DNA of 64,000 bases, from assembly GCA_001796515.1 (NCBI GenBank), contig MGMS01000010.1, positions 18,209 through 82,208 of the forward strand. The letters are read 5' to 3'. This document shows, in pieces, positions 11,116-22,421 of this stretch; positions within the stretch are counted from its first letter, which is position 1, and every line of letters starts with the position of its first letter. The position numbers were made by a program, and so were the translations under genes. The notes under the pieces were generated by a model. That model saw nothing but the letters and a program-made list of their open reading frames with translations. It was not told where the DNA came from and did no database searches. The stretch is from Chloroflexi bacterium RBG_13_51_36. Its GTDB lineage: Bacteria > Chloroflexota > Dehalococcoidia > GIF9 > AB-539-J10.

Positions 11116-11363
11116 TTCACCCCCTTCAAATCTGTTGAATCAGTCTTGATTTAAGGACACACCTACTGCCCGCCCAAAATATAGCTGATGATGGCATTGT
11201 TGCTGCACTTTCACGATGTTCCTACCCACACATCCTAGACCACAACTAGTGGAGAAGTCATAAAACAGCGAGCAAAAAGATTACAAATTTATGACATTTC
11301 GGGGACAATCAAAGCGCCACCTCCATTGCCTTAGTAGCTTAACTCAGTTTGAGCAAAACGTTG

Positions 11364-12542
11364 TCAAGCGAAGCCGCGTTCTTTATGTTTTTCGGTGATG
11401 GTGTTAGCTAACTTGTCCAGAGCCTGGAAATCCTCTTCTCTGGGATATCCCTTGCTGAGCACGGGGGCCAGCACCTCCGCCTTAAGGTTGGGAATCATTC
11501 CTGCGAGCTGTTCCACAGCCTTGCTGCCCCAGCCATAGGAGCCAATGATGGAGACAAACTGGAGCTTGGGCCGCAAGGCGTTGGCCAGAAATGCCGCATA
11601 GGCAACGTTAGGATGTGGCCCGACCAGGACTGTAGGTGTACCGATGACCAGAGTGGCGGCGTCCACTAGGGCCATAGCCAGCTTTCCAATGTCAGTTGCC
11701 GCCAAATTGAATTGCTTTACCGTAACACCTCTGTCAGCCAGGGCTCCCACAAAATATTCCACCATTTTCTGGGTGCTGCCGTGCATCGAAATGTAGGGCA
11801 AGACCACAGTGTTTTTTGGTGAGCCGAATACCCAGCTTCGATAGGCCTCCAGGATAAACGAAGGTTTGTCATACATAGGGCCGTGGCTGGGGGCGATGAT
11901 GTCAATCTTGTAGCTGCTTAGCTTCTCCAGATGCTTCTCAATACTGGTGCGGAAAGGCATCATGATTTCGGCGAAGTATCTTTTGGCCGCTTCATAGACT
12001 TGTCCTTCATCAACTACATATAGGTCTGTAGTAGCCAGATGGGAGCCAAAAAGGTCGCAGGGGAAGAGTATCTTGTCTTCCCGCAAATACGTGAGCATTG
12101 TCTCAGGCCAGTGTACCCAGGGGGCGTGGATAAACTCCAGAGTCTTGTTCCCCAGAGACAGAGTCTCGCCATCGTTTACGGTGATAAACCTGTCCTCAGG
12201 GACAAGCAAGAGAGCCATGAGCAAATCCTGTCCTTTGGGTGTGGTCACCACCTTGGCTTTGGGATACTTCGCCAGAACACGGGGGATGCTGCCAGAGTGG
12301 TCTTGCTCGGCATGGTTGGCAATGACATAGTCGATGACAGGAACATCCTCAAGATTGGCCATGAGGACGTGAGTCATCGAGGGATTCGCAGTATCTATCA
12401 AAGCAACTTTCTCGCTGCCCTGCACCAGATAGGCGTTATAGCTTGTACCATCAGGAAGGGGTATCAAGGCGTCAAAGAGTCGCCTGTCCCAGTCAATAGC
12501 GCCTACCCAGTGAATATTTGTCTTTATTTCTCTCGCTTTCAT
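11364..12542 (-). CDS. fprA: Flavodiiron protein (FprA-type O2/NO reductase)
   Basis: N-terminal metallo-beta-lactamase-like diiron domain (HAEQDHSG) plus C-terminal flavodoxin domain. 392 aa. Confidence 0.9.
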   Translation of the reverse strand: MKAREIKTNIHWVGAIDWDRRLFDALIPLPDGTSYNAYLVQGSEKVALIDTANPSMTHVLMANLEDVPVIDYVIANHAEQDHSGSIPRVLAKYPKAKVVTTPKGQDLLMALLLVPEDRFITVNDGETLSLGNKTLEFIHAPWVHWPETMLTYLREDKILFPCDLFGSHLATTDLYVVDEGQVYEAAKRYFAEIMMPFRTSIEKHLEKLSSYKIDIIAPSHGPMYDKPSFILEAYRSWVFGSPKNTVVLPYISMHGSTQKMVEYFVGALADRGVTVKQFNLAATDIGKLAMALVDAATLVIGTPTVLVGPHPNVAYAAFLANALRPKLQFVSIIGSYGWGSKAVEQLAGMIPNLKAEVLAPVLSKGYPREEDFQALDKLANTITEKHKERGFA

Positions 12543-12551
12543 TCGCCCCCC

Positions 12552-12938
12552 TCATTTCAGAAGTCTTTTTTCTCCTTCAATCTTCTTTATTTCAGTGATG
12601 TCCTGGGTGGCTTCCAATGTACCTAAATACTTGCCAGCCTTGTTCCGCACGGCAAAATATCTTATGTATATCTTCTGCCCCTTCAGGTCTATCCAGAATT
12701 CGGCTGAATCTCTCCTGCCAGCCTTAAAATCGGCCAACATCTGGTTCACCTTATCCACGCTTTGCTTAGGATGGCAGTTCTGGACGGATTTCCCAATTAC
12801 AGAAGCAGGCCGTCTGAAAATCCTCGTTTCGTGTTTATTCCAGAATCTGACCAAATCATCTTCGTTGACGAAAGAAATTTCTATCGGCATGGTTTCCAAG
12901 ATTCCGGCTAATTGTTCTTGGCTTAGATTTTCTATCAT
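12552..12938 (-). CDS. PAS-like sensor domain protein
   Basis: 128 aa with PAS-like beta-sheet periodicity. Sits between fprA and its rubredoxin partner. Confidence 0.4.
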   Translation of the reverse strand: MIENLSQEQLAGILETMPIEISFVNEDDLVRFWNKHETRIFRRPASVIGKSVQNCHPKQSVDKVNQMLADFKAGRRDSAEFWIDLKGQKIYIRYFAVRNKAGKYLGTLEATQDITEIKKIEGEKRLLK

Positions 12939-12951
12939 GGCACTTCCTCAC

Positions 12952-13641
12952 CTATTCCTCTATTTTCTCAAACTGGTCCTTGCTTGCTCCACAGACCGGG
13001 CATACCCAATCATCGGGTAGTTTCTCGAAAGGCGTTCCCGGCTTTATGCCGCCATCGGGATCGCCGGACTCGGGGTCATAGATATACCCGCACACAGTGC
13101 ATTTGTATTTCGCCATTTTAGATACTATCTCCTTTCTTTCTTCAATGTAGCTGGGGGCTGTCTTGGGAGTGGTGCCTCTCTTGACCTGCTGGTAGTAAGC
13201 ATAAGTCATGGGTTCACCTTCTTTGAGAACATCCGCCCCCACGATCTCCCCGATAAAGATAGTGTGAGTTCCGACATCTACTTGATTAATCATCTTGGCT
13301 TCAAGATAGCCTATCGTATGGTCGAGCACTATGGGAACTTTAGTCTCACCAAGCCTGTAATTGATATCTTTGAACTTATCCGCTTCCCGACCTGATTTAA
13401 AGCCAAAATGTCCGATGAAGGAGAGTGGTGTATCTCGGGATAGTATGGAAGCGCTAAAGACTTTGCTTTCGCTGATAAATTCATGAGTCAGGTTTTGTTT
13501 ATTGATACTCACGGCGATGGTGGGCGGTTCGGAGGTAATTTGAAACACGGTATTGGCGATTTGTCCATTGAGTCTGTCTCCCTTTCTGGAACTTATCACA
13601 TACAAACCGTAGCTGCAACCACGTAGAGCCTTGAGATTCAT
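12952..13641 (-). CDS. hrb: High-molecular-weight rubredoxin (flavin-reductase-like domain fused to rubredoxin)
   Basis: C-terminal KCTVCGY...WVCPVCG rubredoxin and N-terminal flavin reductase-like domain. Next to fprA. Confidence 0.8.
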   Translation of the reverse strand: MNLKALRGCSYGLYVISSRKGDRLNGQIANTVFQITSEPPTIAVSINKQNLTHEFISESKVFSASILSRDTPLSFIGHFGFKSGREADKFKDINYRLGETKVPIVLDHTIGYLEAKMINQVDVGTHTIFIGEIVGADVLKEGEPMTYAYYQQVKRGTTPKTAPSYIEERKEIVSKMAKYKCTVCGYIYDPESGDPDGGIKPGTPFEKLPDDWVCPVCGASKDQFEKIEE

Positions 13642-13667
13642 GATTATTAATCTCCTCTTGTGCTTAT

Positions 13668-14903
13668 CTACATCAGGTCCTTTTCACTGGTTTCAATTGC
13701 CCGTTGCAGTTCGGCACCGAGCAATGGCGGTAGTCCCGCTATATCCACTCTGAGAAACCCTCTGACTATTGTGGCCGTAGCTTCGCCTCGAGTCAGCCCT
13801 CGTGCCATCAGGTATTCCACTTCTTCCTCGGCTATCTTGCCCACCGCTGCTTCATGGGATAGGTCGATGCCCGCCAAAGTACCTTTGAGCTCGGGAATAG
13901 CATGGATTATACCGTCTCCCGTCAGGATTAGCCCACGACATTCCAGATGGCCTTTGACATCGGGGGCACTGCCTTCCACATAACCTCGGGCAACAATGCT
14001 CCCTCCGGTGGTTATTGCGCGCGATATGATTTCTGTCTTGGCTCCCTTGGCACTGAGGATGGCCCGGGAACCAACGTCCAGCGATGATCCCGGCGCTGCT
14101 ACCAGTATACTGTTGAATCTGACAATCGCGTTTTCGCCCACACATCTGGCTGTAGGATACATCTGTAGTGAACGGACTGGCTTCATGAGCACATAGTTGC
14201 TGAGAAACAAGCCATCCTCCTCGATAATGGCCGCGGAGCGAGGGCGAACAGCTACCTCGGGATTCCAGTTATGTATCATAGTGAAGGTGACCTTGGCCCC
14301 TTTCTTTATGTAAAACTCAGAGACGCCCAGATGCAGGCCGGCTTCTTCGTCAGAAGCGGTGGTGCATCCCGTAATTATGTGCAACTCTGAGTTCTCTTCA
14401 GCGATGATGATGTTGTGGACATTCTGAGCGAGCCGTGCTTTTGCCAGATAGAGACAGGCCTGGACCGGGTAAATGGTCTTATAGCCGGGTAGTGTCCTGA
14501 TGAAGTAGCCGTTGTACTGGTTCAGTTCTACGCTGGCGGTGTACTTGTCGGTATCCACGGCTACTGCCTTCCACCAGTAATCCGGCAGCCAATCATATTT
14601 CTCAAGAGCCTGGCTCACTGCCATCACTTCCACGCCCTCTTGCCTGGCCGAACTATGAACCGGAGCGTTATCCATCTGGATGAAGGTTCCCGTTCTCTGG
14701 CTCGGGTCATCCAGAATGACGCCTGCCTCCAGCATCCGCTTTTTGGCCTTGGCCGGAAGCTTCGAGGGATCAGGTTGGTAAGGCTGCTCGTCAGCGGAGC
14801 TGACATAGGTGCCCAGATCTATGTCCTCGCCAAATGCCGCTCGCTTGGCTGCTGCTGCCTTGGCTTTGTCTTTATGCGTCTTGGACGGTGCTATCTCAAC
14901 CAC
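13668..14903 (-). CDS. sufB: Fe-S cluster assembly protein SufB/SufD family
   Basis: 411 aa with SufBD beta-helix core. Overlaps sufC by 8 nt. Confidence 0.8.
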   Translation of the reverse strand: MVEIAPSKTHKDKAKAAAAKRAAFGEDIDLGTYVSSADEQPYQPDPSKLPAKAKKRMLEAGVILDDPSQRTGTFIQMDNAPVHSSARQEGVEVMAVSQALEKYDWLPDYWWKAVAVDTDKYTASVELNQYNGYFIRTLPGYKTIYPVQACLYLAKARLAQNVHNIIIAEENSELHIITGCTTASDEEAGLHLGVSEFYIKKGAKVTFTMIHNWNPEVAVRPRSAAIIEEDGLFLSNYVLMKPVRSLQMYPTARCVGENAIVRFNSILVAAPGSSLDVGSRAILSAKGAKTEIISRAITTGGSIVARGYVEGSAPDVKGHLECRGLILTGDGIIHAIPELKGTLAGIDLSHEAAVGKIAEEEVEYLMARGLTRGEATATIVRGFLRVDIAGLPPLLGAELQRAIETSEKDLM

Positions 14904-15666
14904 TTGAGGACCTCATTCTCAGAAAGCATCTAATACATTCCTGGTAACCTTTCTCTCTAATAGTAGCTAGAATCTCGCGAGAGTCTCCCTCGCATCCAAT
15001 CACGCCGTCGCACATGACATAACCCGTGCGGGCGTTAACATAGTCCAGAATATGACCGGTATGGGTAATGATGAGCCCCATGCATTTTCGCTCCGGTATA
15101 GGACAGTCTTTTTCCAGCAAGCTATTTAACAACTCGCCGATGAGGGAGATATTCACCAGGTCCACGCCTGATTCAGGTTCATCTATCAGTGTCAACGCAG
15201 GTCTCTGCGCCAGCAGTTGCATCAATTCGGAACGTTTTATCTCCCCTCCTGAGAATCCGTAGTTTATCTCCCTATCGAGAAAGTCGGCCAGGTGAGCCCT
15301 ATCTGCAAGTTGCTTTATGCGCTCTTCATCTTCCTGACCCCTGAGGCAGGCCGCTACCATGTCGCGCATTTTGACGCCCCGGACCACCGGCGGCCGCTGG
15401 AAGGACATGCCAATTCCCAGGCGGGCTCTCTCATCCAGGGGCAACATAGTCATATCTTGGCCTTTGAAGACGATTTTGCCTTTGGTCACCCGGTACTTGG
15501 GGAAACCCATTATCGTCATGAGCAAAGTGGTCTTCCCGCTGCCGTTGGGCCCGAAAAGGACATGGGTCTCGCCGGGCTTCATGACCAAATTTATGTCATG
15601 CAGAATCTCCCGCCCTTCTACCTCGACAGTCAACTGTTCAATGCTTAAGGCAACATCTCCCACCAT
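14896..15666 (-). CDS. sufC: Fe-S cluster assembly ATPase SufC
   Basis: GPNGSGKTT Walker A, FSGGEIKR signature, D-loop. Start set at MVGDV after AGAAGGATGG; the longer ORF overlaps the upstream gene. Confidence 0.85.
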   Translation of the reverse strand: MVGDVALSIEQLTVEVEGREILHDINLVMKPGETHVLFGPNGSGKTTLLMTIMGFPKYRVTKGKIVFKGQDMTMLPLDERARLGIGMSFQRPPVVRGVKMRDMVAACLRGQEDEERIKQLADRAHLADFLDREINYGFSGGEIKRSELMQLLAQRPALTLIDEPESGVDLVNISLIGELLNSLLEKDCPIPERKCMGLIITHTGHILDYVNARTGYVMCDGVIGCEGDSREILATIREKGYQECIRCFLRMRSSSG

Positions 15667-15688
15667 GTTGTGCCATCCTTCTGTTTGC

Positions 15689-16219
15689 CTAAGCTCCATC
15701 CAATGACCAGTGTTCTTTTTGAGTGAACCACCCCGCAGGGTTGCTGAGATATTCGTAGGAACCGAGAAGAGCGAGATGGTGTCCACGCTCCTCACCTGCC
15801 AGAGTCTCATAGAAACGCTTTTCTACTGGTAGCTTGGTTTCCTTGCTTCGAGCTTGATACAAATTGTAGGATCTGATCTCCATATCCATGGCTATCTTGA
15901 TAGCTTCGAGTTCAGACTCGGCCACTTTGGACCCAGTATCTAGCGCCTTAGTGGCTTCGGTAAAGATGGACTTAATCTTCTTCCCTTTCTCTAGCGGCGG
16001 TTCTACATCAGGCCACTTCCGCCCTCTCTTGAGCGCTCCATAAATCTCCACAAACTTCTTACGGTGGACGTCCTCTTCATTAGCCAGCTGCCGAAACAAG
16101 TCCTTAGCTAGTCTGGTACTGCTCTTCCGGCTTGCCTTCTGGTAGAAGTCTTTGCCATCCGCCTCCATCTGAACAGCAAGCTGAAGCACCTCCAGTGTCC
16201 TGGCCTGTTCCTTTTCCAT
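15689..16219 (-). CDS. Ferritin/rubrerythrin-like diiron protein
   Basis: Two E..H pairs (EEDVHRKKF, EERGHHLAL). 176 aa. Confidence 0.65.
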   Translation of the reverse strand: MEKEQARTLEVLQLAVQMEADGKDFYQKASRKSSTRLAKDLFRQLANEEDVHRKKFVEIYGALKRGRKWPDVEPPLEKGKKIKSIFTEATKALDTGSKVAESELEAIKIAMDMEIRSYNLYQARSKETKLPVEKRFYETLAGEERGHHLALLGSYEYLSNPAGWFTQKEHWSLDGA

Positions 16220-16222
16220 TTA

Positions 16223-16366
16223 CTAGCTCCTCTTGGGGATCTCCGAACTGATTAATTCCATGTCCTGGCCGCAGCAGACTAGAGTGCCACCGCCAACCTT
16301 GGTCACCGTCACCTCATTGCCACAGACATTGCAGCGGTATTTTTCACCAACTTTTTTAACAGTCAT
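16223..16366 (-). CDS. dsr: Desulforedoxin-like small FeS4 protein
   Basis: [38 protein letters not shown] shows the desulforedoxin CxxC...CC pattern. 47 aa, so below the ORF-track cutoff. Its stop codon abuts the start of the downstream diiron gene. Confidence 0.6.
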   Translation of the reverse strand: MTVKKVGEKYRCNVCGNEVTVTKVGGGTLVCCGQDMELISSEIPKRS

Positions 16367-16660
16367 CTCTATTCTCCTCTACAATATCATTCATTCACTG
16401 AACCTTTGACGTTATGCCTGCTCTCCACCCATAAACATGCGAAGACTGACGAGACAATGACTAGCGGCCACTACTGAAGGATTTCCTGCGGACTACCTTT
16501 GTCTGTACTTTGTATATCATGGGCCCCACCCACATAACCTTCCACTGTGACGCAAGGTGAATTAAGTGAGAACTTTGTCCAATGATACAAGAGAAGCCGG
16601 TTATACGTCAAGCAATAGTAAGACGGATTGCTGCGAGGTACCACTTGACACTAGCTAAGC

Positions 16661-17893
16661 TCAATCCGACGTCCTGACTTCTCCTTCTGTCTCGCTGTCC
16701 TGGTTTGCCGATTTTCTGGCAAAGATGGTAATGCCTACAGCTGAGATTACAACAGTAGTAACGATAACCAGGATCGCTATCTCGGGATAGAGCCGGGCAT
16801 TGGGAATGCTGGAGGAGACAACTATTTCGGCTACCACGGCGGCGGATAGACCTCGTGGCAGCATAGTAGCTAGTATCCCGGTGCGAGCAAGCAAGCTCCG
16901 CTTACGTATAGAAATAGCGGGGACTACTATGAATCTTACTGCCAATAGCACCAGGGACAAGGCGATGCTCGGTACAATTACGTTGGGGTCATCGAAGGTT
17001 ATCATCAGTCCCAGGTAAGCAAAGAAAAATGTCTTCACTATGAAATATATTTGAGAATGGAACTTCATCATCGTATTGTGGATTTCGATAGTCCTCTTAG
17101 TGCGCATAAATCTGGCAAAATCCGTACCATTTCCTAGGATCAAGCCAAATACGATAGCGAAAATAGCTCCGCTGCCTTGCAGGCTCTCCACCGCGAGATA
17201 GAGCAGGAAAAGGACAGCCAGGGTCAATATGTCATCGTATAACTCGCCTTCTATGAAAGTGAGCACCCAGAGCCAGGCAAATCCGGCGGCACCGCCAATT
17301 CCTAATCCGATAAGGAAGCGAGTACCAATAGCTTTGGCAATCGCAGGGCCTATATTCCCGGTTGCCCCGACAGTCATGACTTCTAGGATAACCAGTGCAA
17401 TCACAATCACCAGGGCTCCGTTCATAGCGGATTCTATCTGTAATATCGATGAGACCTGAGGAATGACTTTGGCTCTCCCGATAAGAGGTATTACAATAGC
17501 GGGACTGGTGCCGCCCACAATGGCTCCCAGTAATAAGCTGTTCATCAGTTCCCAATCCAGAACGAAGTGAACAAAAGCCGTTGCCGCGGCCATGCTGGCG
17601 CCGATGCCCAGTAGAGCGAGTGCTATTGCCCTGGGTGCACTGGCTCGAGCCTGGGAAAACTCCAGGCCCAAACCACCGTTAAACAGAATCACGACCAGGG
17701 ATAGAGTGGCTATGATTGGCGAGGCCTGGGCTACCCAGGCCGGGTCCACAATGTGCAGGACAGGCCCTGCCACGTAACCTAGGCCGAGCAGCACCAGTAT
17801 GTCGGGGAAACTTATTTTCTTGAAAAGGTAGTCCCCTATGAATCCAATGACGAACAGAACTCCCAGAAACCCCAATATCTGTATAGCTGTCAT
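16661..17893 (-). CDS. Na+/H+ (cation:proton) antiporter, CPA1/NhaP-like
   Basis: 410 aa polytopic membrane protein with about 12 TM segments and CPA-type motifs. Confidence 0.75.
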   Translation of the reverse strand: MTAIQILGFLGVLFVIGFIGDYLFKKISFPDILVLLGLGYVAGPVLHIVDPAWVAQASPIIATLSLVVILFNGGLGLEFSQARASAPRAIALALLGIGASMAAATAFVHFVLDWELMNSLLLGAIVGGTSPAIVIPLIGRAKVIPQVSSILQIESAMNGALVIVIALVILEVMTVGATGNIGPAIAKAIGTRFLIGLGIGGAAGFAWLWVLTFIEGELYDDILTLAVLFLLYLAVESLQGSGAIFAIVFGLILGNGTDFARFMRTKRTIEIHNTMMKFHSQIYFIVKTFFFAYLGLMITFDDPNVIVPSIALSLVLLAVRFIVVPAISIRKRSLLARTGILATMLPRGLSAAVVAEIVVSSSIPNARLYPEIAILVIVTTVVISAVGITIFARKSANQDSETEGEVRTSD

Positions 17894-18112
17894 TCCTGGC
17901 CCGCCTTATCTCTCAATATTGAACCATACCACGCTCAACTCTTTCTGCAAATGGCGGATGTCACACTTCGCTATATCGGCTTCGCCTTTGAGAAAACTGC
18001 TCTGGGTATAACGTAATTGAGCCGCGAGTATAAGCAGTGCTGTACTGTGTTCTATCTATCGTCGACAAACAGGAGTATTTCCCCTTTGTCGCCGGATATC
18101 AAGGAGGATAAG

Positions 18113-19771
18113 CTACATCTTTTCCGGAGTGCTCATGCCCATGAGTCGAAGGGTCTTGGCTAGAGCAATCTGACTTGCCCTGACCAGCTTGAGGCGGGCC
18201 TTAGTTAGCGGCTCATCGTCGGAAACAACCCGGCATTGCTTGTAGAAGCTATGGAAGACGGTAGCTAGATCCTGGGCATAGTAAGGCAGGTGGTGGGGCT
18301 CGAGAGTGACTGCCACACGTTCCACTATCTCGGGTAGTAGTATCAAGCGGCGAATCAAGGTTAGCTCCGGCTCGGTGGCGAGTAGAGAAACGTCGCCCCG
18401 ACTGTAGTCTATGTCCCGCTGTTCTGCCAGGCGTAGTATGCTGGCAATCCGGGCGTGGGCGTATTGAACATAGTATACAGGATTTTCCGCTGATTGCCGC
18501 TTGGCCAGTTCTATATCGAAATCCATCTGGCTATCGGCAGAGCGGGACAGAAATATGAAGCGGCAGGCATCCGGACCTACCTCTTCTATCACCTCCTTTA
18601 AAGTGACAATATCGCCACTACGCTTGGATACCTTGACTACTTCCTCTCCGCGCCGCAGCGTAACTAGCTGGCAGATTATTACCTTGAGCTGCTCGGGGTC
18701 ACATCCTAGAGCCCTGAGCACCGCTTTCATTCTGGGAACGTGTCCCTGGTGGTCAGCTCCCCAGATATTGATCACCTGGTCGAATTTCCGCTCCAGAAAC
18801 TTGTTGTAATGGTAGGCGATATCAGAGGCAAAATAGGTTGGAGAACCATCGCTGCGCACCAATACATTGTCCTTGTCTTCGCCCAGGGCGCTTGATTCGA
18901 ACCAGGTGGCATTTGCTTTTTCGACGACATAGCCACCGCTCTGCAGCAGTTCCATGGCCTTATTGTATTGCCCACCCTGATGAAGGCTGCTTTCTGAGAA
19001 CCAGATGTCAAAAACAACGTTCAACAGCTCGAGGTCCTGTTTGATTCCCCTTAGCATCCTGGCAACCCCGACCTCGCCCAGTTGCGAAGCTCCATCGCTC
19101 TCGGGCAAGGACAAGAATCTGTCACCCTGCTCCTGGACTATCTCTTTGGCCAGGTCAATCATGTAGCCACCGTGGTAGCCATCGGAGGGCACCTCAGTCT
19201 CTCTCCCCAGACATTGCTGATAGCGGGCGTAGAGGGAACGGCCAAAGGTAGCTATCTGGTTGCCCATATCATTTATGTAGTATTCTTTTTCAACACCATA
19301 GCCCGATGCAGTCAGAACATTGGCCAGAGTGCTGCCTAAAACAGCACCGCGGCCGTGACCTACGTGAAGAGGTCCGGTAGGGTTGACGCTGACGAACTCC
19401 ACCTGGACACGTTTTCCCTTGCCCAGTTCAGTATCCCCGTATGATTCGCCCGCGGCGAGAATGGACTCCACCTCCGTGCTCAGCCAGTCCCCCCGCAAAG
19501 TGAAGTTGATGAAGCCTGGAGGGGCAACCCAAACCCTGTCGACTTTGGGTGGTGGTACTATGTGCTCAGAGACTTTTTCGGCAATAACCATGGGCGCCAT
19601 CCTCATGGCCCGCGCCATCCTCAAAGGGAGGCCTGAGGCAAAATCTCCGTGTTCGGGATTCTGAGGATGTTCTACAAGCACCTCGGGTAGGGCAGCTGCT
19701 GCCAGGACACCTTCTTGCTGTGCCTTCAATACAGCTTGCCGCAAACAACTGGCCAGTTCCTCCTTGAGCAT
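18113..19771 (-). CDS. argS: Arginyl-tRNA synthetase
   Basis: [12 protein letters not shown] motif, ArgRS N-terminal domain, C-terminal anticodon-binding domain. Start set at MLKEEL. Confidence 0.9.
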   Translation of the reverse strand: MLKEELASCLRQAVLKAQQEGVLAAAALPEVLVEHPQNPEHGDFASGLPLRMARAMRMAPMVIAEKVSEHIVPPPKVDRVWVAPPGFINFTLRGDWLSTEVESILAAGESYGDTELGKGKRVQVEFVSVNPTGPLHVGHGRGAVLGSTLANVLTASGYGVEKEYYINDMGNQIATFGRSLYARYQQCLGRETEVPSDGYHGGYMIDLAKEIVQEQGDRFLSLPESDGASQLGEVGVARMLRGIKQDLELLNVVFDIWFSESSLHQGGQYNKAMELLQSGGYVVEKANATWFESSALGEDKDNVLVRSDGSPTYFASDIAYHYNKFLERKFDQVINIWGADHQGHVPRMKAVLRALGCDPEQLKVIICQLVTLRRGEEVVKVSKRSGDIVTLKEVIEEVGPDACRFIFLSRSADSQMDFDIELAKRQSAENPVYYVQYAHARIASILRLAEQRDIDYSRGDVSLLATEPELTLIRRLILLPEIVERVAVTLEPHHLPYYAQDLATVFHSFYKQCRVVSDDEPLTKARLKLVRASQIALAKTLRLMGMSTPEKM

Positions 19772-19844
19772 AACTGAATTTACCCCAATAGATTTGATGC
19801 TAAATTTAACGGGTTCCCGCCAAAACCGCAAGATTCGCCTGGAT

Positions 19845-21995
19845 CTAGCTCCATTCAGCTTCTTTGGACCATGCTCGGCTCAATTGCTGACGTAAAGGCT
19901 GATGTTCAGCTTTCTTTAAGTCGGGGTCATTCTGGAAAAGAGTCATTGCCTCTCGCCGCGCTAGCTCCAGGCCGCGCAAATCGGTCAGCTTGGCAAGTTT
20001 GAGGTCAGGCAGGCCGCTCTGGTGAGTGCCGAAGAATTCCCCGGGACCTCGCAGCTCGAGGTCTTTCTCCGCCAGCACGAAGCCGTTATGGACCTTCTCC
20101 ATCAGCCGCAGGCGCTCCCTGGCCTCCGGCGAAAGCTTCTCCTGGATAAGCAGGCAATAGCCTTGTTCCTTGTCTCGCCCGACACGCCCCCTGAATTGAT
20201 GGAGCTGAGATAAACCGAAGCGTTCCGCACCTTCGACCATCATGACCGATGCCCTGGGTACATCAATGCCCACTTCCACTACCGAGGTCGACACCAGAAT
20301 ATCAAGCTCCCCGCTTCGAAAATGGCGCATTATCTCCTCTTTGTCATTGCCCGGCATTTGACCGTGAAGCAGCCCCAATCTCAAATCCGGGAAGACCTCT
20401 CGCGATAGTCTCGCATACTCGGTTTTGGCGGCTTTCGCCTCCAGTACCTCGGATTCTTCAATTAAGGGGCAGATGATGAAAGCTTGCCGGCCGTTGCTGA
20501 CCTGGCGGTGAAGGAAGGTGTAGGCCTTTTCCCTGTCCTGAGGCTCCAGACATTTTGTTTTCACTACCTGCCGTCCCGGCGGCAACTCATCAATCACCGA
20601 AAGGTCCAGGTCTCCGTAGAGAGTCAGCGCCATCGTCCGCGGAATAGGCGTGGCTGTCATGACCAGGACATGAGGGTTAAATCCCTTTTGCCTCAGAGCA
20701 GAGCGCTGCAATACGCCAAAACGGTGTTGCTCGTCTATCACCGCCAGCCCCAGTTTCTTGAACTTCACCTCTCTTTGAATAAGGGCATGGGTGCCGATGA
20801 CAATGTCCACCTTGCCCTGCTTGATTCCGCCATGCAGGGCCTGTTTCTCGGCGCCGCTGAGGCTCCCGATGAGCAATGCGATGGTCAGCGGTTTGGGAAG
20901 AAATCCGGTGTAGAGCCTGATCGTTCTCTGGCCCGGCTCGGGACCAGCCTGTTGGGTGCCGATTTGAGACAGGTAGTTGCAGATATTGGTGTAGTGCTGC
21001 TCGGCCAGGACCTCGGTGGGCGCCATCAACGCCGCCTGATAGCCGTTGGCCGCCGCTAGCAAGAGGGCCAGGGTCGCAATAACGGTCTTGCCGCTGCCGA
21101 CTTCTCCTTGCAGCAGACGTGACATGGCCTTCGGCTTCTCGAGGTCGGCTAGAGTTTCCTGCAGAACTCGCTCCTGCGCCCGGGTCAAGGTAAAAGGCAG
21201 GCAACTTAGAAACCTGCTGATGACTTCTTGGTCTATACGAAAGGCATTGCCCGGTTGGCTTTCCTGCCAGTCTCGCTTCTTGGCCAGTACCCCCAACTGA
21301 AGAAGAAATAGCTCGTCGAAAGATAGCCTCCCTCTTGCCCTTTCCGCCATTGTCTGGTCGTCGGGGTAATGAATTTGACCGATGGCGGTGGGGAGGTCTA
21401 ATAACTGGCAGCGGGCCTTAATCTCGGAGGGCAGGAAATCGTCCAGTTGCCAGGCATAGCCGTCAACGGTCTCCTTGGTCCATTTCCTTACTTGCCGCGG
21501 ATATAAACCTTGAGTAAGCGGATAGACAGGGACCAGGCGCCCGGTGTGGATCAGTTCTTCGTCGCCCAGCAGTTCCCACTCCGGGGACTCGAATACTTTG
21601 TGTCCCTTGAATATGCCGACCGTGCCGCTGAGCACTATCCGCGCATTGGTACGGAAACGTTTTGCCAGGTACGGTTGATTAAACCAGACCGCCCTGATGT
21701 TTCCTGTCTTGTCGCCGACAATCGCCTCTGTGCCCAACCGACTACCCAGATTGGCCACCCTGGCCTGCCAGATCGTGCCCAGGATAGTCTGCTCTTCGCC
21801 CTCCGTGAGTTCTGAGACGGGTTTTGTCCGGCTGTAGTCTAGGTAGCGCCTGGGGAAGAAATAAAGCAAATCGCATATTGTTCGGACGTTGAGCCTGGCA
21901 AATTTCTTGTCTATGCCGGTTGAGATGCCCTTGATAACAGTTATGGGTGAGTCCAGCTCTTCTCTTCGCTTCCGGCGGGGTCCGGTCGCTGCCAT
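19845..21995 (-). CDS. recG: ATP-dependent DNA helicase RecG
   Basis: GEVGSGKT Walker A and DEQHRFGV. About 717 aa from Met at 21995. An in-frame 138-codon extension up to 22412 runs through a CT-rich repeat and is probably not translated. Confidence 0.88.
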   Translation of the reverse strand: MAATGPRRKRREELDSPITVIKGISTGIDKKFARLNVRTICDLLYFFPRRYLDYSRTKPVSELTEGEEQTILGTIWQARVANLGSRLGTEAIVGDKTGNIRAVWFNQPYLAKRFRTNARIVLSGTVGIFKGHKVFESPEWELLGDEELIHTGRLVPVYPLTQGLYPRQVRKWTKETVDGYAWQLDDFLPSEIKARCQLLDLPTAIGQIHYPDDQTMAERARGRLSFDELFLLQLGVLAKKRDWQESQPGNAFRIDQEVISRFLSCLPFTLTRAQERVLQETLADLEKPKAMSRLLQGEVGSGKTVIATLALLLAAANGYQAALMAPTEVLAEQHYTNICNYLSQIGTQQAGPEPGQRTIRLYTGFLPKPLTIALLIGSLSGAEKQALHGGIKQGKVDIVIGTHALIQREVKFKKLGLAVIDEQHRFGVLQRSALRQKGFNPHVLVMTATPIPRTMALTLYGDLDLSVIDELPPGRQVVKTKCLEPQDREKAYTFLHRQVSNGRQAFIICPLIEESEVLEAKAAKTEYARLSREVFPDLRLGLLHGQMPGNDKEEIMRHFRSGELDILVSTSVVEVGIDVPRASVMMVEGAERFGLSQLHQFRGRVGRDKEQGYCLLIQEKLSPEARERLRLMEKVHNGFVLAEKDLELRGPGEFFGTHQSGLPDLKLAKLTDLRGLELARREAMTLFQNDPDLKKAEHQPLRQQLSRAWSKEAEWS

Positions 21996-22200
21996 TTGAG
22001 TCGTGACCCTTGACCCCTGTCCCCTGACAGTTAGCCCCGTCTTGTTCCTCTCCCTTGATGGGAGAGGGGGGGTAAGGGGGCCCTCTCTGGCCGCCTTCTG
22101 ATGGCTGACAGCTGACTCTTGATCCCTGACCCCTGATCCCTGACCCCTGGTTGTTTCAGTGGCTTTATCCAGCCAGCTAAAGATATCCGCCATCCATCTC
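21996..22200. repeat. CT-rich low-complexity tract (CCCTGACCCCTGATCCCTGAC-type) upstream of recG
   Basis: Imperfect tandem CTGACCCCTGA units. The same motif family recurs at 31605-31640, 35458-35530, 40370-40445 and 41165-41390. Confidence 0.7.
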
Positions 22201-22421
22201 TTGCGCTCGTCTAGGCTGTAAGACCCGTAACTGGACCCGGCCAGGTTGAGTCCGTCAAAGCCCTTCAGAAGCTGTCGGTCGCTGATGCTTTGCCTGATTT
22301 GCCCGGCCTGATTGTGAAGATACTTGTCCAGGCCGCCGATTACTGCCTTATCGTTGTAGCCCTTCCGGCGTTCCAGCTCAAGGACGTTTCGCAGCGAATC
22401 GATGCCTGTCACTTTTTATTG

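Noticed and set aside
11120-11360. Checked larger intergenic gaps (11120-11360, 17894-18112, 28198-28351, 50460-50700, 60488-60650) for tRNA genes.
   Set aside because: No cloverleaf-compatible sequence with a GTTC-type T-arm and acceptor pairing was found.
14896-15810. Long 304 aa form of sufC.
   Set aside because: The N-terminal 48 codons overlap the preceding gene and lack similarity. An internal Met with an RBS gives a canonical 256 aa SufC.
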